Position numbers and translations under genes: made by a program
Notes under the pieces: generated by a model
Database searches by the model: none
Told to the model about the DNA's origin: nothing
Seen by the model: the letters and a program-made list of their open reading frames with translations, nothing else
Assembly (NCBI RefSeq): GCF_003248455.1
Contig: NZ_QFNM01000008.1
Coordinates: forward strand, 3,586 to 67,585
Direction: 5' to 3'
Source of the DNA: Brevundimonas sp.
GTDB lineage: Bacteria; Pseudomonadota; Alphaproteobacteria; Caulobacterales; Caulobacteraceae
Length of the DNA: 64,000 nucleotides
In this document: in pieces, positions 25,749 to 37,878 of the stretch
Layout of the letters: each line of letters opens with the position of its first letter
Numbering within the stretch: the first letter of the stretch is position 1

Positions 25749-27380
25749 TCAACGCGACGGCGCTGTGGACGGGCCGACGATCGCCGCCTGGGGCGGGCTG
25801 TGCGGCCCGGCGACGCCGCCTGCGGCAGGCTCCTGCGCGGCGACGGCGGGGGCGGGCGGATCGTAGTGAACCCCCACGCCCGGTCCCAACGGCAGGTCGA
25901 AGGCGACCCAGGCGGCCACCATCGCCAGGCCGGCGACCAGGAACGCCCCGGCATAGGGCAGCATGGTCGCCATCAGCGATCCCAGGCCGAATCGCGGGTC
26001 CCACCGCTGGGCGAAGGTCAGGATCAGCGGGAAATAGCTCATCAGCGGCGTGGCGATGTTGGTGACGGAATCGCCCATCCGATAGGCGGCGGTCGTCATC
26101 TCGGGCGAAATCCCCAGCAGCATGAACATCGGCACCACGATCGGCGCCAGGGCCGACCATTTGGCCGAGGCCGAGCCGATGAACAGATCGAAGAAGCAGG
26201 AGACGAAGACCACGCAGATCAGGAGCAGCGGGGCGGGGAGGGCGATGCTCTTCAGTCCCGCCGCCGCGTTCACCGCCAGGATCGGTCCCAGGCCCGACCA
26301 GTTGAACATGGCCACGAAATGGGCGGCGAAGAAGGCCAGCACGATATAGGGCGCCAGCTGGGCGACGCCGTCGCGCATCATGGCCACCAGATCGCGGTGC
26401 GACTTGATCGCGCCCGACCCCGCCCCATAGGCCCCGCCCGCAACGAAGAAGGTGACGGCGAAGAAGGCGACCAATGAGCGATAAAGCGGATTGAAGCGCT
26501 GCTCCGGGTCGGCCTCGGGGTCCACGAACGGAGAGCCGGGCAGGAAGGTGATCAGGGTCCAGAGCGCGAGCATGCCCAGCACCGCCAGGGCGGCGAAGCC
26601 CAGGCCGCGCTTCTCGGCCGATGTCAGGGGCTGTCTCTCGCTGGCGGCGGGCGCGGCCACGCCCTCTGCAGGCTTCCAGACGCCCAGGCGCGGCTCGATG
26701 ACCCGGTCGGTCAGAAACCAGACGATGGGGGTGAAGACGAAGACGACGCCGACGATGAAGAACCAGTTGCCGGCGATGTTGACCGAATAGGACGGGTCGA
26801 TAAGGCGGGCCGCGGGCTCGGTGATGCCCAGGATCAGGGCGTCGCTGGCCCCCGGAAACAGATTGCCGGCATATCCGCCGGAAACGGCGGCGAAGCCGGC
26901 CGCCAGGCCGGCCAGCGGATGACGCCCGGCCGCGGCGAAGATCACCGCCGCCAGCGGAATGACCACGACATAGGAGGCGTCCGATGCGTGATGCGACACC
27001 ATCCCGGTGATCACCACGATCGGCGTCAGTATGGCGCGCGGCGCATTCAGCAGGGCGCCGCGGATGGCGGTGGCGAACAGGCCGGTGCGCTCGGCGACTG
27101 AGGCGCCGTAGATGATGGTGATGACGATCCCCAGCGGCGGAAAGTCGGCCAGGGTGCGCGGCATGCCGATGATCAGCCGCTCAAGATTCTCGCCCGACAG
27201 CAGGCTTTGCGCCGCCAGACGGTCGCCCGTCACGGGATTGACGGCCGACCAGCCCAGGCCCGCCCCAACCATGCTGAGCACGATCAACCCGCCGATCAGC
27301 CAGAGAAACAGGAAGACCGGATCGGGCAGGCGATTGCCGATCCGTTCCACGGCGTTCAAGGCGCGGCTGGCGACGCTCAT
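25749..27380 (-). CDS. AbgT-family transporter
   Basis: 543-aa polytopic membrane protein. The N-terminus VERIGNRLPDPVFLF is typical of AbgT/MtrF. Confidence 0.8.
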   Translation of the reverse strand: MSVASRALNAVERIGNRLPDPVFLFLWLIGGLIVLSMVGAGLGWSAVNPVTGDRLAAQSLLSGENLERLIIGMPRTLADFPPLGIVITIIYGASVAERTGLFATAIRGALLNAPRAILTPIVVITGMVSHHASDASYVVVIPLAAVIFAAAGRHPLAGLAAGFAAVSGGYAGNLFPGASDALILGITEPAARLIDPSYSVNIAGNWFFIVGVVFVFTPIVWFLTDRVIEPRLGVWKPAEGVAAPAASERQPLTSAEKRGLGFAALAVLGMLALWTLITFLPGSPFVDPEADPEQRFNPLYRSLVAFFAVTFFVAGGAYGAGSGAIKSHRDLVAMMRDGVAQLAPYIVLAFFAAHFVAMFNWSGLGPILAVNAAAGLKSIALPAPLLLICVVFVSCFFDLFIGSASAKWSALAPIVVPMFMLLGISPEMTTAAYRMGDSVTNIATPLMSYFPLILTFAQRWDPRFGLGSLMATMLPYAGAFLVAGLAMVAAWVAFDLPLGPGVGVHYDPPAPAVAAQEPAAGGVAGPHSPPQAAIVGPSTAPSR

Positions 27381-27585
27381 TCGGATGACTTTCGGTTACG
27401 CGGGAGAAGCCGCCATAGGGCTTCGGCGGCGCATGAGGCGCAAGCATCGGGCCTGCGACATATGGCGCACGAAGTTGCGATCCATTCTCAATGAAAACCC
27501 AATGCGCGCAGGGGTTTGAACGGCGACGTTGTTGGGTCTAAGAAGCGCCGAATCCCGCCTCTCCCCGGCGGACGAGGTTCTTCGA

Positions 27586-27963
27586 ATGAACGCATTTCTT
27601 CTAGAATATCTGCCCGTGCTGGTGTTCGCCGGCGTCGCGGCCGTGGTCGGCATTCTCTTCATCGTCCTGCCGCTGTTGCTGGCGCCGAAGAACCCCGATT
27701 CCGAAAAGCTCTCGGCCTATGAGTGCGGCTTCAACGCCTTCGACGATGCGCGGATGAAGTTCGACATCCGCTTCTATCTGGTGTCGATCCTGTTCATCAT
27801 CTTCGACCTGGAAGTGGCCTTCCTGTTCCCTTGGGCGGTGTCGATGTTCGATCTGTCGCACGCTGGAATGGTGTTCGCCTTCTGGTCGATGATGGTCTTT
27901 TTGGGCGTGCTGACCATCGGCTTCATCTACGAATGGAAGAAGGGAGCCCTGGAATGGGAGTAG
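27586..27963 (+). CDS. nuoA: NADH-quinone oxidoreductase subunit A
   Basis: [12 protein letters not shown]...YECGF...[12 protein letters not shown]. Start chosen at the internal Met. Confidence 0.9.
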   Translation: MNAFLLEYLPVLVFAGVAAVVGILFIVLPLLLAPKNPDSEKLSAYECGFNAFDDARMKFDIRFYLVSILFIIFDLEVAFLFPWAVSMFDLSHAGMVFAFWSMMVFLGVLTIGFIYEWKKGALEWE

Positions 27964-28562
27964 TCGCCGCTTCCAAGCCTGCGGGCCTGGTCTCCGCCTC
28001 GGGCGCGCCGCTGGTTGCGGCTGGCGCCGGCGCGCGTTCGACCGTCGAGGGCTACGACCCCAAGGTCCACGACAAATTCTTCGAGGCCGTGAACATGGAG
28101 TTGGGCGAGCGGGGCTATCTGGTCGCCGCCGCCGACGACGTCATTAACTGGGCCCGCACCGGCTCCCTGATGTGGATGACCTTCGGCCTGGCCTGCTGCG
28201 CCGTCGAGATGATCCAGATGTCGATGCCGCGTTTCGACGTCGAACGCTTCGGCATGGCGCCGCGCGCCAGCCCGCGCCAGTCGGACCTGATGATCGTCGC
28301 CGGCACCCTGACCAACAAGATGGCCCCCGCCATCCGCAAGGTCTACGACCAGATGCCCGATCCGCGCTACGTCGTGTCGATGGGCAGCTGCGCCAACGGC
28401 GGCGGCTACTATCACTATAGTTACAGCGTCGTGCGCGGCTGCGACCGGGTCGTGCCGGTGGACGTCTATGTGCCCGGCTGCCCGCCGACGGCCGAGGCGC
28501 TGCTGTACGGCCTGCTGCAGCTTCAGAAGAAGATCCGTCGCACGGGGACGATCGACCGATGA
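27954..28562 (+). CDS. nuoB: NADH-quinone oxidoreductase subunit B
   Basis: [19 protein letters not shown] and PGCPP motifs. Confidence 0.93.
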   Translation: MGVVAASKPAGLVSASGAPLVAAGAGARSTVEGYDPKVHDKFFEAVNMELGERGYLVAAADDVINWARTGSLMWMTFGLACCAVEMIQMSMPRFDVERFGMAPRASPRQSDLMIVAGTLTNKMAPAIRKVYDQMPDPRYVVSMGSCANGGGYYHYSYSVVRGCDRVVPVDVYVPGCPPTAEALLYGLLQLQKKIRRTGTIDR

Positions 28563-29203
28563 CCTCCCTTGCTGTCCAGGCCCGACAGGAGGCCTTTCTG
28601 ACGCCGCTGGGCGCCGAGATGGTCGGCGCGCTTTCGGGCGAAGGCTGGGGCGTCGAGGCCCAGGTGGCCTATGGCGAACTGACCCTGGTCGCGCCGCGCG
28701 AGCGGATCGTCGAGGTGATGACCGCCCTGCGCGACCAATTCGGCTTCCAGCAGTTGCTGGACCTCTGCGGGGCCGACTACCCGGATCGCAAGGAGCGGTT
28801 CGAGGTGGTCTATCATCTGCTGTCGCTGACCCGGAACGCGCGCCTGCGCGTCAAGGTGTCGACCGACGAGGTTCAGCCCGTGCCGTCGATCATCGCCGTC
28901 TATCCGGCCGCAAACTGGTTCGAACGCGAAGCCTACGACATGTTCGGCATGCTGTTCTCGGGACACCCCGACCTGCGCCGCCTGCTGACGGACTATGGTT
29001 TCGAGGGGCATCCGCTCCGCAAGGACTTCCCCATGACGGGCTATGTCGAGGTCCGCTACGACGAGGAACAGCGCCGCGTGGTCTATGAGCCGGTCAAGCT
29101 GACGCAGGAGTTCCGCACGTTCGACTTCCTGTCGCCGTGGGAAGGCGCCGACTATCCCGCGCCGGTCCTGCCGGGCGACGAAAAGGCGGGAGGCCAGGCG
29201 TGA
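28559..29203 (+). CDS. nuoC: NADH-quinone oxidoreductase subunit C
   Basis: 214 aa; [13 protein letters not shown] motif. Confidence 0.93.
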   Translation: MTSLAVQARQEAFLTPLGAEMVGALSGEGWGVEAQVAYGELTLVAPRERIVEVMTALRDQFGFQQLLDLCGADYPDRKERFEVVYHLLSLTRNARLRVKVSTDEVQPVPSIIAVYPAANWFEREAYDMFGMLFSGHPDLRRLLTDYGFEGHPLRKDFPMTGYVEVRYDEEQRRVVYEPVKLTQEFRTFDFLSPWEGADYPAPVLPGDEKAGGQA

Positions 29204-30468
29204 TGGCCGATACGACCCATACCCTGCCGCCGCTCGGCGTCGATGTGTTCGAGGACGACCTGGACACCCGCACCGCCCATGCGCGCGAGATGGAAGACCG
29301 CAAGTTCACCATCAACTTCGGCCCGCAGCACCCGGCGGCGCACGGCGTGTTGCGCCTGGTGCTGGAGTTGGACGGCGAGATCGTCGAGCGCGTCGATCCG
29401 CACATCGGCCTGCTGCACCGCGGCACCGAAAAGCTGATGGAGGCCCGCACCTACCTTCAGAACGTACCGTACCTTGATCGTCTGGACTATGTCTCGCCGA
29501 TGAACCAGGAGCACGCCTTCTGCCTGGCCGTCGAGAAGCTGCTGGGCGTCGAGGTTCCGTACCGGGCGCAGCTGATCCGCGTCCTCTATTCGGAAATCGG
29601 CCGCATCCTGTCGCACATGCTGAACGTGACGACCCAGGCCATGGACGTCGGCGCCCTGACGCCGCCGCTCTGGGGCTTCGAGGAACGCGAAAAGCTGATG
29701 GTGTTCTACGAGCGCGCCTGCGGCGCCCGTCTGCACGCCAACTACTTCCGTCCGGGCGGCGTCCACCAGGACCTGCCGATGGACCTGATCGACGACATCG
29801 GCCGCTGGTGCCAGGAGTTCCCGCCGGCGCTGAAGGACATCGAAAGCCTGGTCACGGAAAACCGCATCTTCAAGCAGCGCAACGTCGATATCGGCGTGGT
29901 GTCGAAGGAGAACGCCCTGGCCTGGGGCTTCACCGGCGTCATGCTACGCGGCTCGGACATCGCCTGGGACCTGCGCAAGTCGCAGCCTTACGAATGTTAC
30001 GCCGACCTGGACTTCGACGTGGTCGTCGGCAAGAACGGCGATTGCTGGGACCGCTATCTGGTCCGCATCGAAGAGATGAAGCAGTCGACGCGGATCATGG
30101 AGCAGTGCATCCACAAGCTGCGCAACTGCCCTGGCGAGCCGGTCCTGGTCGAGAACAACAAGATCGTTCCGCCGCGCCGTGGCGAGATGAAGCGGTCGAT
30201 GGAATCGCTGATCCATCACTTCAAACTCTACACCGAAGGCTTCTCGACGCCCGAGGGCGAAGTCTATGCCTCGGTCGAGGCGCCCAAGGGCGAGTTCGGC
30301 GTCTATCTGGTGTCGGACGGGACCAACAAACCCTATCGCGTGAAGATTTCGGCGCCGGGCTTCCGCTCGCTGCAGGCGATGGACTGGATGAACCGCGGCC
30401 ACCAGTTGGCGGACGTGTCCGCCATCCTCGGCTCGCTCGACATCGTTTTCGGAGAAGTGGACCGATGA
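29203..30468 (+). CDS. nuoD: NADH-quinone oxidoreductase subunit D
   Basis: [14 protein letters not shown]...[12 protein letters not shown]. Its start overlaps the nuoC stop. Confidence 0.93.
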   Translation: MADTTHTLPPLGVDVFEDDLDTRTAHAREMEDRKFTINFGPQHPAAHGVLRLVLELDGEIVERVDPHIGLLHRGTEKLMEARTYLQNVPYLDRLDYVSPMNQEHAFCLAVEKLLGVEVPYRAQLIRVLYSEIGRILSHMLNVTTQAMDVGALTPPLWGFEEREKLMVFYERACGARLHANYFRPGGVHQDLPMDLIDDIGRWCQEFPPALKDIESLVTENRIFKQRNVDIGVVSKENALAWGFTGVMLRGSDIAWDLRKSQPYECYADLDFDVVVGKNGDCWDRYLVRIEEMKQSTRIMEQCIHKLRNCPGEPVLVENNKIVPPRRGEMKRSMESLIHHFKLYTEGFSTPEGEVYASVEAPKGEFGVYLVSDGTNKPYRVKISAPGFRSLQAMDWMNRGHQLADVSAILGSLDIVFGEVDR

Positions 30469-31142
30469 GCGTTCGTCGTCTCGCCAAGGATCAGCCTGAC
30501 TCGTTCGCCTTTTCGGCGGACACGATGGCCAAGGCCGAATGGTGGATCAAGAAATACCCGGAAAGCCGCCGTCAGTCGGCGGTGATCCCGATCCTGTGGC
30601 TGGTGCAGAAGCAGGAAGGTTGGGTGTCGGAGCCCGCCATCCGCGCCGTCGGCGACCTGTTGGGCATGGCCTACATCCGGGTGCTGGAAGTCGCGACCTT
30701 CTACACCATGTTCATGCTGGAGCCGGTCGGCAAGACCGCGCTGATCCAGGTGTGCGGCACCACGCCCTGCATGCTGCGCGGCGCCAACGAGCTGATGCGC
30801 GTCTGCAAGGAGAAGATCGGTCCCAAGGATCATCTTTCCGCCGACGGCCGCTTCACCTGGCAGGAAGTCGAGTGCCTGGGCGCTTGTTCGAACGCCCCGA
30901 TGGCCCAGATCAACGACTACTATTTCGAGGACCTGACGCCCGAGAGCATCGGCCGGATCATCGACGACTTCGCCGCCGGCAAGTCGCCAGAGCGGGGCTC
31001 CTACGCCGGGCGCACCAATGCGGCGCCGGCAGGCGGGGCCAAGACCCTGCTGGACCCGAAACTGTACGACGGTTCGGCCGCCGCGCCGATAGCCAAGCTT
31101 CCCAACAGCGATCCGGCCCCGGCCGAGAAGGCGCCCGCCTGA
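30465..31142 (+). CDS. nuoE: NADH-quinone oxidoreductase subunit E
   Basis: ATGA overlap with nuo[12 protein letters not shown]...[11 protein letters not shown] 2Fe-2S motif. Confidence 0.92.
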   Translation: MSVRRLAKDQPDSFAFSADTMAKAEWWIKKYPESRRQSAVIPILWLVQKQEGWVSEPAIRAVGDLLGMAYIRVLEVATFYTMFMLEPVGKTALIQVCGTTPCMLRGANELMRVCKEKIGPKDHLSADGRFTWQEVECLGACSNAPMAQINDYYFEDLTPESIGRIIDDFAAGKSPERGSYAGRTNAAPAGGAKTLLDPKLYDGSAAAPIAKLPNSDPAPAEKAPA

Positions 31143-31405
31143 TGCCCGCGCCCGATCTGAACACCGAGGCGGGGCGCGCGGCCTATCGCAAGGAACTGCG
31201 CGGCGTCGGGCGCCCGTTGCGGGCAGGCGGGCTGGCGATGGTGGTCGGCGCGGCCGTGCTGATCCTGATCTCGCGTCAGGGCACGGTGGGCGCCTGGGCG
31301 GTCAACGTCTCCTACTTCATGCTCGCGGCCGGCTGGGCGATGGTCATCGCCGCCATCTGGATGCGCACCCGCCACCACAAGCGCCGTCTGGCGGAAGGAC
31401 TCTGA
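31142..31405 (+). CDS. Small membrane protein interspersed in the nuo operon
   Basis: 87-aa ORF with two hydrophobic helices. Its start overlaps the nuoE stop. High GC3. Confidence 0.55.
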   Translation: MPAPDLNTEAGRAAYRKELRGVGRPLRAGGLAMVVGAAVLILISRQGTVGAWAVNVSYFMLAAGWAMVIAAIWMRTRHHKRRLAEGL

Positions 31406-31410
31406 GGGCC

Positions 31411-32724
31411 ATGGTCGGCATTCTCGAAGACAAGGACCGGATCTTCACCAACCTGTACGGCTTCCACGACTGGACGCTGGACGGGGCGAGGAACCGCGGC
31501 GCCTGGAACGCCACCAAGGACATGCTGGACCTTGGCCGCGACTGGATCATCAACAACGTCAAGGCCTCGGGTCTGCGCGGCCGGGGCGGCGCCGGCTTCT
31601 CGACCGGCCTGAAGTGGTCGTTCATGCCCAAGGAGGTGAAGGATCGCCCTCACTACCTGGTCGTCAACGCCGACGAATCCGAACCCGCGACCTGCAAAGA
31701 CCGGGAGATCATGCGCCACGATCCGCATCTGCTGATCGAGGGCTGCCTGATCGCCAGCTTCGCGATGCAGGCCCATGCCTGCTACATCTATCTGCGCGGC
31801 GAATACGTGCTGGAGCGCGAGCGGATGGAAGCCGCCGTCAAGCAGGCCTACGAGGCCCGGCTGATCGGCAAGGACAACGTCCACGGCTGGGACTTCGACG
31901 TCTATATCCACCACGGCGGCGGCGCCTATATCTGCGGTGAAGAGACGGCGCTTCTGGAGTCCCTGGAAGGCAAGAAGGGCCAGCCGCGCCTGAAGCCGCC
32001 GTTCCCGGCCGGCGCGGGCCTGTACGGCTGCCCGACCACGGTGAACAACGTCGAGTCGATCGCGGTCGTGGGCACGATCCTGCGTCGCGGCGCCGACTGG
32101 TTCGCCAGCTTCGGCCGTCCGAACAACACCGGCACCAAGCTGATGTCCCTGTCGGGGCACGTGAACACGCCCTGCGTGGTGGAGGAGACCATGTCGATCC
32201 CCCTGCGTCAGCTGATCGAAGATCACGGCGGCGGCGTACGCGGCGGCTGGGGCAATCTGAAGGCCATCATTCCCGGCGGCGCGTCCTGCCCGGTCATCAC
32301 GCGCGAACAGGCCGAGACGGTCCTGATGGACTTCGACTCCATGCGCGAGGTCCGCTCGTCGCTGGGCACGGCCGGCGTGACCGTCATGGACGAATCCACC
32401 GACATCGTGAAGGCGATCGCCCGCATCAGCTACTTCTTCAAGCACGAGAGCTGCGGCCAGTGCACGCCGTGCCGCGAAGGCACCGGCTGGATGTGGCGCG
32501 TGCTGGAGCGGATGGCCGTGGGCGAGGCCGATCCATCGGAAATCGATCTGCTGCTGGACGTCGCCGGCCAGGTCGAGGGCCACACCATCTGCGCCCTGGG
32601 CGACGCCGCCGCCTGGCCCGTTCAGGGCCTGATCCGTCACTTCCGTCACGAGATCGAAGACCGGATCGCCAACTATCGCAGCCGCCGCGCGAACTTCGCC
32701 GGCCACGCCATCGCCGCGGAGTAG
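31411..32724 (+). CDS. nuoF: NADH-quinone oxidoreductase subunit F
   Basis: [25 protein letters not shown]. Confidence 0.95.
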   Translation: MVGILEDKDRIFTNLYGFHDWTLDGARNRGAWNATKDMLDLGRDWIINNVKASGLRGRGGAGFSTGLKWSFMPKEVKDRPHYLVVNADESEPATCKDREIMRHDPHLLIEGCLIASFAMQAHACYIYLRGEYVLERERMEAAVKQAYEARLIGKDNVHGWDFDVYIHHGGGAYICGEETALLESLEGKKGQPRLKPPFPAGAGLYGCPTTVNNVESIAVVGTILRRGADWFASFGRPNNTGTKLMSLSGHVNTPCVVEETMSIPLRQLIEDHGGGVRGGWGNLKAIIPGGASCPVITREQAETVLMDFDSMREVRSSLGTAGVTVMDESTDIVKAIARISYFFKHESCGQCTPCREGTGWMWRVLERMAVGEADPSEIDLLLDVAGQVEGHTICALGDAAAWPVQGLIRHFRHEIEDRIANYRSRRANFAGHAIAAE

Positions 32725-32726
32725 GG

Positions 32727-33218
32727 ATGCGCCTTTCGCCCGCCATCGTGATCGGAGCCTTCGCTCTCGCCGCCTGCGGCGAGCGTGAAACTGCGCCCAC
32801 GCCCGCGGAAAAGGGTTCGGCCGAGGTCGCGACGTCGAACGCGGTTCAGGCGGCGCCCGAGGTTCTGGCCGCCGGCGAACTGCGCCGCGTGTGCCAGGCC
32901 GGTCTGGCCCGGATTCATGGCCAGGAGCCGGGGGCCATAACGGTCGAGAGCGTTCAGAACGGCGTGGTTCGTGCGTCCTGGCGCGCGCCGGTCGACGGCG
33001 GGCGGATGCGCGCCGACTGCCGCGTGGACAACGATCTGATCGTATGGAAGCCGCTCGATCTGCCCGATGAAACGCTCGTTCGCTGGATGAACCAGTCGGG
33101 CGACCCGGTGATCCGCTACGTCCTGGACGGCGACACGATCACCATCACACAGACGCTCCCTGACGGGACGACGGACCGCGCCGATCTGGCCGTTCCCGCT
33201 GAAGAAGAGGCCCGCTGA
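32727..33218 (+). CDS. Putative lipoprotein interspersed in the nuo operon
   Basis: 163-aa ORF with the lipobox FALAAC after a short signal peptide. Confidence 0.55.
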   Translation: MRLSPAIVIGAFALAACGERETAPTPAEKGSAEVATSNAVQAAPEVLAAGELRRVCQAGLARIHGQEPGAITVESVQNGVVRASWRAPVDGGRMRADCRVDNDLIVWKPLDLPDETLVRWMNQSGDPVIRYVLDGDTITITQTLPDGTTDRADLAVPAEEEAR

Positions 33219-35263
33219 TGCCAGTCGCCAAGGTCAACGGCGTCGAAACCGAGTTCGAGCCCGGCATGACCGTGCTCCAGGTCGCCGAACGCGCGGGGCA
33301 GGAAATCCCGCGTTTCTGCTACCACGAACGCCTGTCCATCGCCGGCAACTGCCGCATGTGCCTGGTCGAAGTGAAGCCTGGACCGCCAAAGCCCCAGGCC
33401 TCGTGCGCCCTGCCGGCCGCCGACGGCCAGGAAATCTTCACCGACACGCCGATGGTCAGGAAGGCCCGCGAAGGGGTGATGGAATTCCTGCTCATCAACC
33501 ACCCGCTGGACTGCCCGATCTGCGACCAGGGCGGCGAGTGCGACCTGCAGGACCAGTCGGTCGGCTACGGCCGCGACGGTTCGCGCTATTCGGAGAACAA
33601 GCGCGCGGTCGAAGAAAAGAACATGGGTCCGACGGTCAAGACCTTCATGACCCGCTGCATCCAATGCACGCGCTGCGTCCGGTTCATCACCGAGGTCGCC
33701 GGCGTGCCGGACATCGGCATGATCTCGCGCGGCGAGGACGCCGAGATCACGACCTATCTGGAAAAGAACATCGACTCGGAACTGTCGGGCAACGTCAACG
33801 ACCTGTGCCCGGTCGGCGCCCTGACGCACCGTCCGTGGCAGTACCACTATCGTCCGTGGGAACTGAAGAAGACCGAGACCATCGACGTCATGGACGCCCT
33901 GGGCTCGAACATCCGCGCCGACTATCGCGGGTCCGAAGTCATGCGCGTGCTGCCGCGCGTGAACGAGGGGATCAACGAGGAGTGGCTGTCGGACAAGAGC
34001 CGCTATGTCGTCGACGGCCTGACCGCGCGCCGCCTGGACCGGCCGTGGATCCGCGAGAACGGCCGCCTGCGCGCCGCAACCTGGAACGAGGCGCTGGACG
34101 CCGTCGCCGCCAAGATCAAGGCTGCGCCGGCCGACCGTATCGGCGCGATCGCGGGCGACCTGCAGGACGCCGAGTCGATGAAGGCGGCGCTGGACCTGTT
34201 CCGCGCCCTGGGCTCGAACAACACCGATTGCCGCCAGGACGGCGCCGCCTTGGGTTACGGCCCGCGCGAGGGCTGGCTGTTCAACTCCGGCCTCGAAGGC
34301 ATTGAGAAGGCTGACGCCGTCCTGATCGTCGGCGCCAATCCGCGCACCGAGGCGCCATTGCTGAACGCCCGTCTGCGCAAGGCCTGGCTGAAGGGCGGGA
34401 TGGAAATCGGCGTCATCGGCGAACAGGCCGATCTGACGTTCGACTACGTCTATCTGGGCGCCGGTTCGCAGACCCTGGCCAAGCTGCCCAAGTCGGCGTT
34501 GGACTTCCTGACCAAGGCCGAGCGTCCGGCGATCGTCGTCGGCGCCGGCGCGCTGGGCGGTGAGGGCGGCTCGGCCGTCCTGAACGCCCTGGGCGCCCTG
34601 GCCAGGAAGGTCGGCGTCGTGACCGACGGCTGGAACGGCTTCAACGTCCTGCATCACGCCGCGGCTCGCGTGGGCGGTCTGGACATGGGCTTCGTGCCGG
34701 CGGACGGCGGCCTCACGGTCTCTGAGATGCTGAAGCCCGATGCGCTGGACGTTCTGTTCCTGCTGGGCGCGGACGAAGTCGATCCGACCGGTTCGAACGC
34801 CTTCCGCGTCTATCTGGGCAGCCATGGCGACCGCGGCGCGCACGGCGCCGACGTCATCCTGCCGGGCGCGGCCTACACCGAGAAGTCGGGGCTTTACGTC
34901 AACACCGAAGGCCGTGTGCAGATGGCCGAACGGGTCGTCTTCCCCAAGGGCGAGGCCAAGGAAGACTGGGCCGTCATCCGGGCCCTGTCGGCCCGGGTCG
35001 ATCGGACGCTGCCTTACGACACCCTGGAGCAGCTGCGCGCCAAGCTGATGGGCGACCATCCGACGTTCGGCCGGATCGACTATCTGCCGGCGCCGACGAT
35101 GTTCGATGTGGCGTCGCTGGGCGTCGAGGGCGACCTGGGCGACCGCGCCTTCGTCTCGGTCGTGGCCGACCCCTATCTTTCCAACCCGATCGCGCGCGCC
35201 AGCGCGACGATGGCCGAGCTGTCCGCCCTGCGGACCCAGCCGGTCGCAATGGCGGCGGAGTAA
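33218..35263 (+). CDS. nuoG: NADH-quinone oxidoreductase subunit G
   Basis: 681 aa; CYHERLSIAGNCRMCLV, HPLDCPICDQGGEC. Confidence 0.95.
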   Translation: MPVAKVNGVETEFEPGMTVLQVAERAGQEIPRFCYHERLSIAGNCRMCLVEVKPGPPKPQASCALPAADGQEIFTDTPMVRKAREGVMEFLLINHPLDCPICDQGGECDLQDQSVGYGRDGSRYSENKRAVEEKNMGPTVKTFMTRCIQCTRCVRFITEVAGVPDIGMISRGEDAEITTYLEKNIDSELSGNVNDLCPVGALTHRPWQYHYRPWELKKTETIDVMDALGSNIRADYRGSEVMRVLPRVNEGINEEWLSDKSRYVVDGLTARRLDRPWIRENGRLRAATWNEALDAVAAKIKAAPADRIGAIAGDLQDAESMKAALDLFRALGSNNTDCRQDGAALGYGPREGWLFNSGLEGIEKADAVLIVGANPRTEAPLLNARLRKAWLKGGMEIGVIGEQADLTFDYVYLGAGSQTLAKLPKSALDFLTKAERPAIVVGAGALGGEGGSAVLNALGALARKVGVVTDGWNGFNVLHHAAARVGGLDMGFVPADGGLTVSEMLKPDALDVLFLLGADEVDPTGSNAFRVYLGSHGDRGAHGADVILPGAAYTEKSGLYVNTEGRVQMAERVVFPKGEAKEDWAVIRALSARVDRTLPYDTLEQLRAKLMGDHPTFGRIDYLPAPTMFDVASLGVEGDLGDRAFVSVVADPYLSNPIARASATMAELSALRTQPVAMAAE

Positions 35264-35266
35264 GCC

Positions 35267-36340
35267 ATGGACCCCGTTTCCTTCTGGGCCACGCCGCTGG
35301 GCTGGACGCTGATCACGGTCGGTCAGGTCCTGCTGATCACGGTCGGCGTGCTGATCGCCGTCGCCTTCCTGCTGCTGGCCGACCGCAAGGTCTGGGCCGG
35401 CGTGCAGATGCGCAAGGGGCCGAACGTTGTCGGTCCCTTCGGCCTGCTTCAGTCCTTTGCGGACATGATCAAGTTCGTGCTGAAGGAGGTCGTGATCCCG
35501 GCCGGTGCGGACAAGGCGGTCTTCATCATCGCCCCGATCATCACCGTCATCCTGGCCTTCATGGCGTGGGCGGTCATTCCGTTCGCCCCCGGCTGGGTGG
35601 TGTCGGACCTGAACGTCGGCATCCTGTATATCTTCGCGGTGTCGTCGCTCGGCGTTTACGGCATCATCATGGGCGGCTGGGCTTCGAACTCGAAGTATCC
35701 GTTCCTGGGATCGCTGCGTTCGGCGGCGCAGATGGTGTCGTATGAAGTCTCGCTGGGCCTGATCATCATCAATGTGATCCTGCTGGCCGGCACCATGAAC
35801 CTGTCGGCCATCGTCGACAGTCAGAAGGGGATGTTCTGGAACTGGTACGGGTTCGGCGGCGGCGCCGACACCTGGCCGCTGGTCGTGATCCTGTTCCCGA
35901 TGTCGATCATCTTCTTCATCTCGGCCCTGGCCGAGACCAACCGCCCGCCGTTCGACCTGCCCGAGGCCGAGTCCGAACTGGTCGCCGGCTATCAGGTCGA
36001 ATACAGCTCGACGCCGTATCTGCTGTTCATGATGGGCGAATACGTCAACATCGTCTTCATGTCGGCGATGATCAGCCTGCTGTTCTTCGGGGGCTGGAAT
36101 CCCGGCGTGCCGCAGGCCTGGATGGATGGGCTGCCGGCCTGGATCGCCTATACGGTCTATCTGCTGACCTTCATGGCCAAGACGGTCTTCTGGTTCGTCA
36201 TGATCTCGATGGTGAAGGCCTTCGTGCCGCGCTATCGCTATGACCAGCTGATGCGTCTGGGGTGGAAGATCTTCCTGCCGACGTCGCTGGTCGCGGTCGT
36301 CATCGTCTCGGCCTGGCGCGTGTTCGTGGTGGGGTCGTGA
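35267..36340 (+). CDS. nuoH: NADH-quinone oxidoreductase subunit H
   Basis: 357 aa; [37 protein letters not shown]. Confidence 0.95.
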   Translation: MDPVSFWATPLGWTLITVGQVLLITVGVLIAVAFLLLADRKVWAGVQMRKGPNVVGPFGLLQSFADMIKFVLKEVVIPAGADKAVFIIAPIITVILAFMAWAVIPFAPGWVVSDLNVGILYIFAVSSLGVYGIIMGGWASNSKYPFLGSLRSAAQMVSYEVSLGLIIINVILLAGTMNLSAIVDSQKGMFWNWYGFGGGADTWPLVVILFPMSIIFFISALAETNRPPFDLPEAESELVAGYQVEYSSTPYLLFMMGEYVNIVFMSAMISLLFFGGWNPGVPQAWMDGLPAWIAYTVYLLTFMAKTVFWFVMISMVKAFVPRYRYDQLMRLGWKIFLPTSLVAVVIVSAWRVFVVGS

Positions 36341-36374
36341 TGGTCGCGCCGAAGACGCCTGCTCTCAAGGATAA

Positions 36375-36872
36375 GTGCTGATGTTCACCCGTATCGTCCA
36401 GGCGACCAAGGGCGCGATGATGCTGGACGTCATCGGCGCCATCGGCCTGTCGCTGAAATATATGGCGCGGCCCAAGATGACCGTGAACTATCCGTTCGAG
36501 CGCAATCCGCAGTCGCCGCGCTTCCGGGGCGAGCACGCGCTGCGCCGCTATGCGAACGGCGAGGAACGCTGCATCGCCTGCAAGCTGTGCGAAGCCATCT
36601 GCCCGGCCCAGGCCATCACCATCGAGGCCGAACCGCGCGCCGACGGCAGCCGCCGCACGACCCGCTACGACATCGACATGGTCAAATGCATCTACTGCGG
36701 CCTGTGCCAGGAGGCCTGCCCGGTGGACGCCATCGTGGAGGGGCCGAACTCCGAATTCGCCGTCGAGACGCGCGAGGAGCTGCTCTACGACAAGCAACGC
36801 CTGCTCGACAACGGCGACCGCTGGGAACGGCAGATCGCCAAGAATCTGGAACTCGACGCGCCTTACCGCTAA
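36375..36872 (+). CDS. nuoI: NADH-quinone oxidoreductase subunit I
   Basis: Two 4Fe-4S motifs: [12 protein letters not shown] and [12 protein letters not shown]. The start is GTG 36375 or ATG 36381. Confidence 0.93.
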   Translation: MLMFTRIVQATKGAMMLDVIGAIGLSLKYMARPKMTVNYPFERNPQSPRFRGEHALRRYANGEERCIACKLCEAICPAQAITIEAEPRADGSRRTTRYDIDMVKCIYCGLCQEACPVDAIVEGPNSEFAVETREELLYDKQRLLDNGDRWERQIAKNLELDAPYR

Positions 36873-36944
36873 GGCGCATCTCGCAAAACAGGTCGCCGAT
36901 TCCGAAAGGGGTCGCGGCCGAGACGAAAGGGGCTTCGTCCCGAC

Positions 36945-37571
36945 ATGCTGCAAGGCATAGCCTTCTATCTGCTGGCTGCGGTCGCCACGGTTTCCGGCCT
37001 TCTGGTCGTGACCGCGCGCAACCCCGTGCACAGCGTGCTCTGGCTGATCCTGGCCTTCTTCTCCTCGGCCGGCCTGTTCGTGCTGCTGGGGGCCGAGTTC
37101 CTGGCGATGCTGCTGGTCGTCGTCTATGTGGGCGCGGTCGCGGTGCTGTTCCTGTTCGTCGTCATGATGCTGGACGTGGACTTCGTGAAGCTGCGCGAAG
37201 GCTATGCGCGCTATCTGCCGCTGGGGGCCGTGATCGCCGCCGTGCTGCTGGCCGAGATGATCATCGTGTCGGTCGCCGTGGTGCAGGGCGGGGCGGCGGC
37301 GGGCCTGCCGGCGCCGGGCGCGCCGGACGCCAGCGTCACCAATGTCGAGGCCATCGGTCGCGTGCTCTACACCGACTACGTCTATTTCTTCCAGGCGGCC
37401 GGGATCGTGCTGCTGATCGCCATGATCGGCGCCATCACCCTGACGCTTCGCCACAAGCCGCATATCAAGCGCCAGAACCCGGGCGATCAGGTGAACCGCG
37501 ACCGTCTCAAGTCGGTCGAGATCAAGCCCGCCGCCACGGGCGAAGGCGTCAGCGCCGAGGAGCTTCTGTGA
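36945..37571 (+). CDS. nuoJ: NADH-quinone oxidoreductase subunit J
   Basis: 208-aa membrane protein at the conserved operon position. Confidence 0.9.
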   Translation: MLQGIAFYLLAAVATVSGLLVVTARNPVHSVLWLILAFFSSAGLFVLLGAEFLAMLLVVVYVGAVAVLFLFVVMMLDVDFVKLREGYARYLPLGAVIAAVLLAEMIIVSVAVVQGGAAAGLPAPGAPDASVTNVEAIGRVLYTDYVYFFQAAGIVLLIAMIGAITLTLRHKPHIKRQNPGDQVNRDRLKSVEIKPAATGEGVSAEELL

Positions 37572-37876
37572 TGATCGGTCTGACCCATTATCTGACGGTC
37601 GCCGCGATCCTGTTCACCATCGGGGTGTTCGGCATTTTCGTGAACCGCAAGAACGTCATCATCATCCTGATGTCGATCGAGCTGATCCTCTTGGCCGTGA
37701 ACATCAACTTCGTCGCCTTCTCGACCTATCTGAACGAGATCAGCGGACAGATCATGGCGATGTTCGTCCTGACCGTCGCCGCCGCCGAGGCCGCCGTCGG
37801 CCTGGCGATCCTGGTGACCTTCTTCCGCAACCGCGGCGACATCGCCGTCGACGACGCCTCCGTGATGAAGGGCTGA
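37571..37876 (+). CDS. nuoK: NADH-quinone oxidoreductase subunit K
   Basis: 101 aa; [11 protein letters not shown]...[11 protein letters not shown]. Its start overlaps the nuoJ stop. Confidence 0.92.
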   Translation: MIGLTHYLTVAAILFTIGVFGIFVNRKNVIIILMSIELILLAVNINFVAFSTYLNEISGQIMAMFVLTVAAAEAAVGLAILVTFFRNRGDIAVDDASVMKG

Positions 37877-37878
37877 GC

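Noticed and set aside
33116-35059. A 647-aa minus-strand ORF. Similar long antisense or off-frame ORFs occur at 57277..59319, 62143..63906, 31312..32706, 39965..41407, 5504..7771, 20388..22157, 54200..56506 and 61630..63702.
   Set aside because: All overlap strongly supported genes (nuoG, rpsB/tsf, dxr, nuoF, nuoM, primase, autotransporter, dnaE, cdsA) in other frames or strands. They translate to Arg/Gly/Ala/Pro-rich sequences. Where part of such an ORF is real (DUF3224, dxr, nuoB/D/E/K, lolE), only the sub-ORF with a plausible start was kept.
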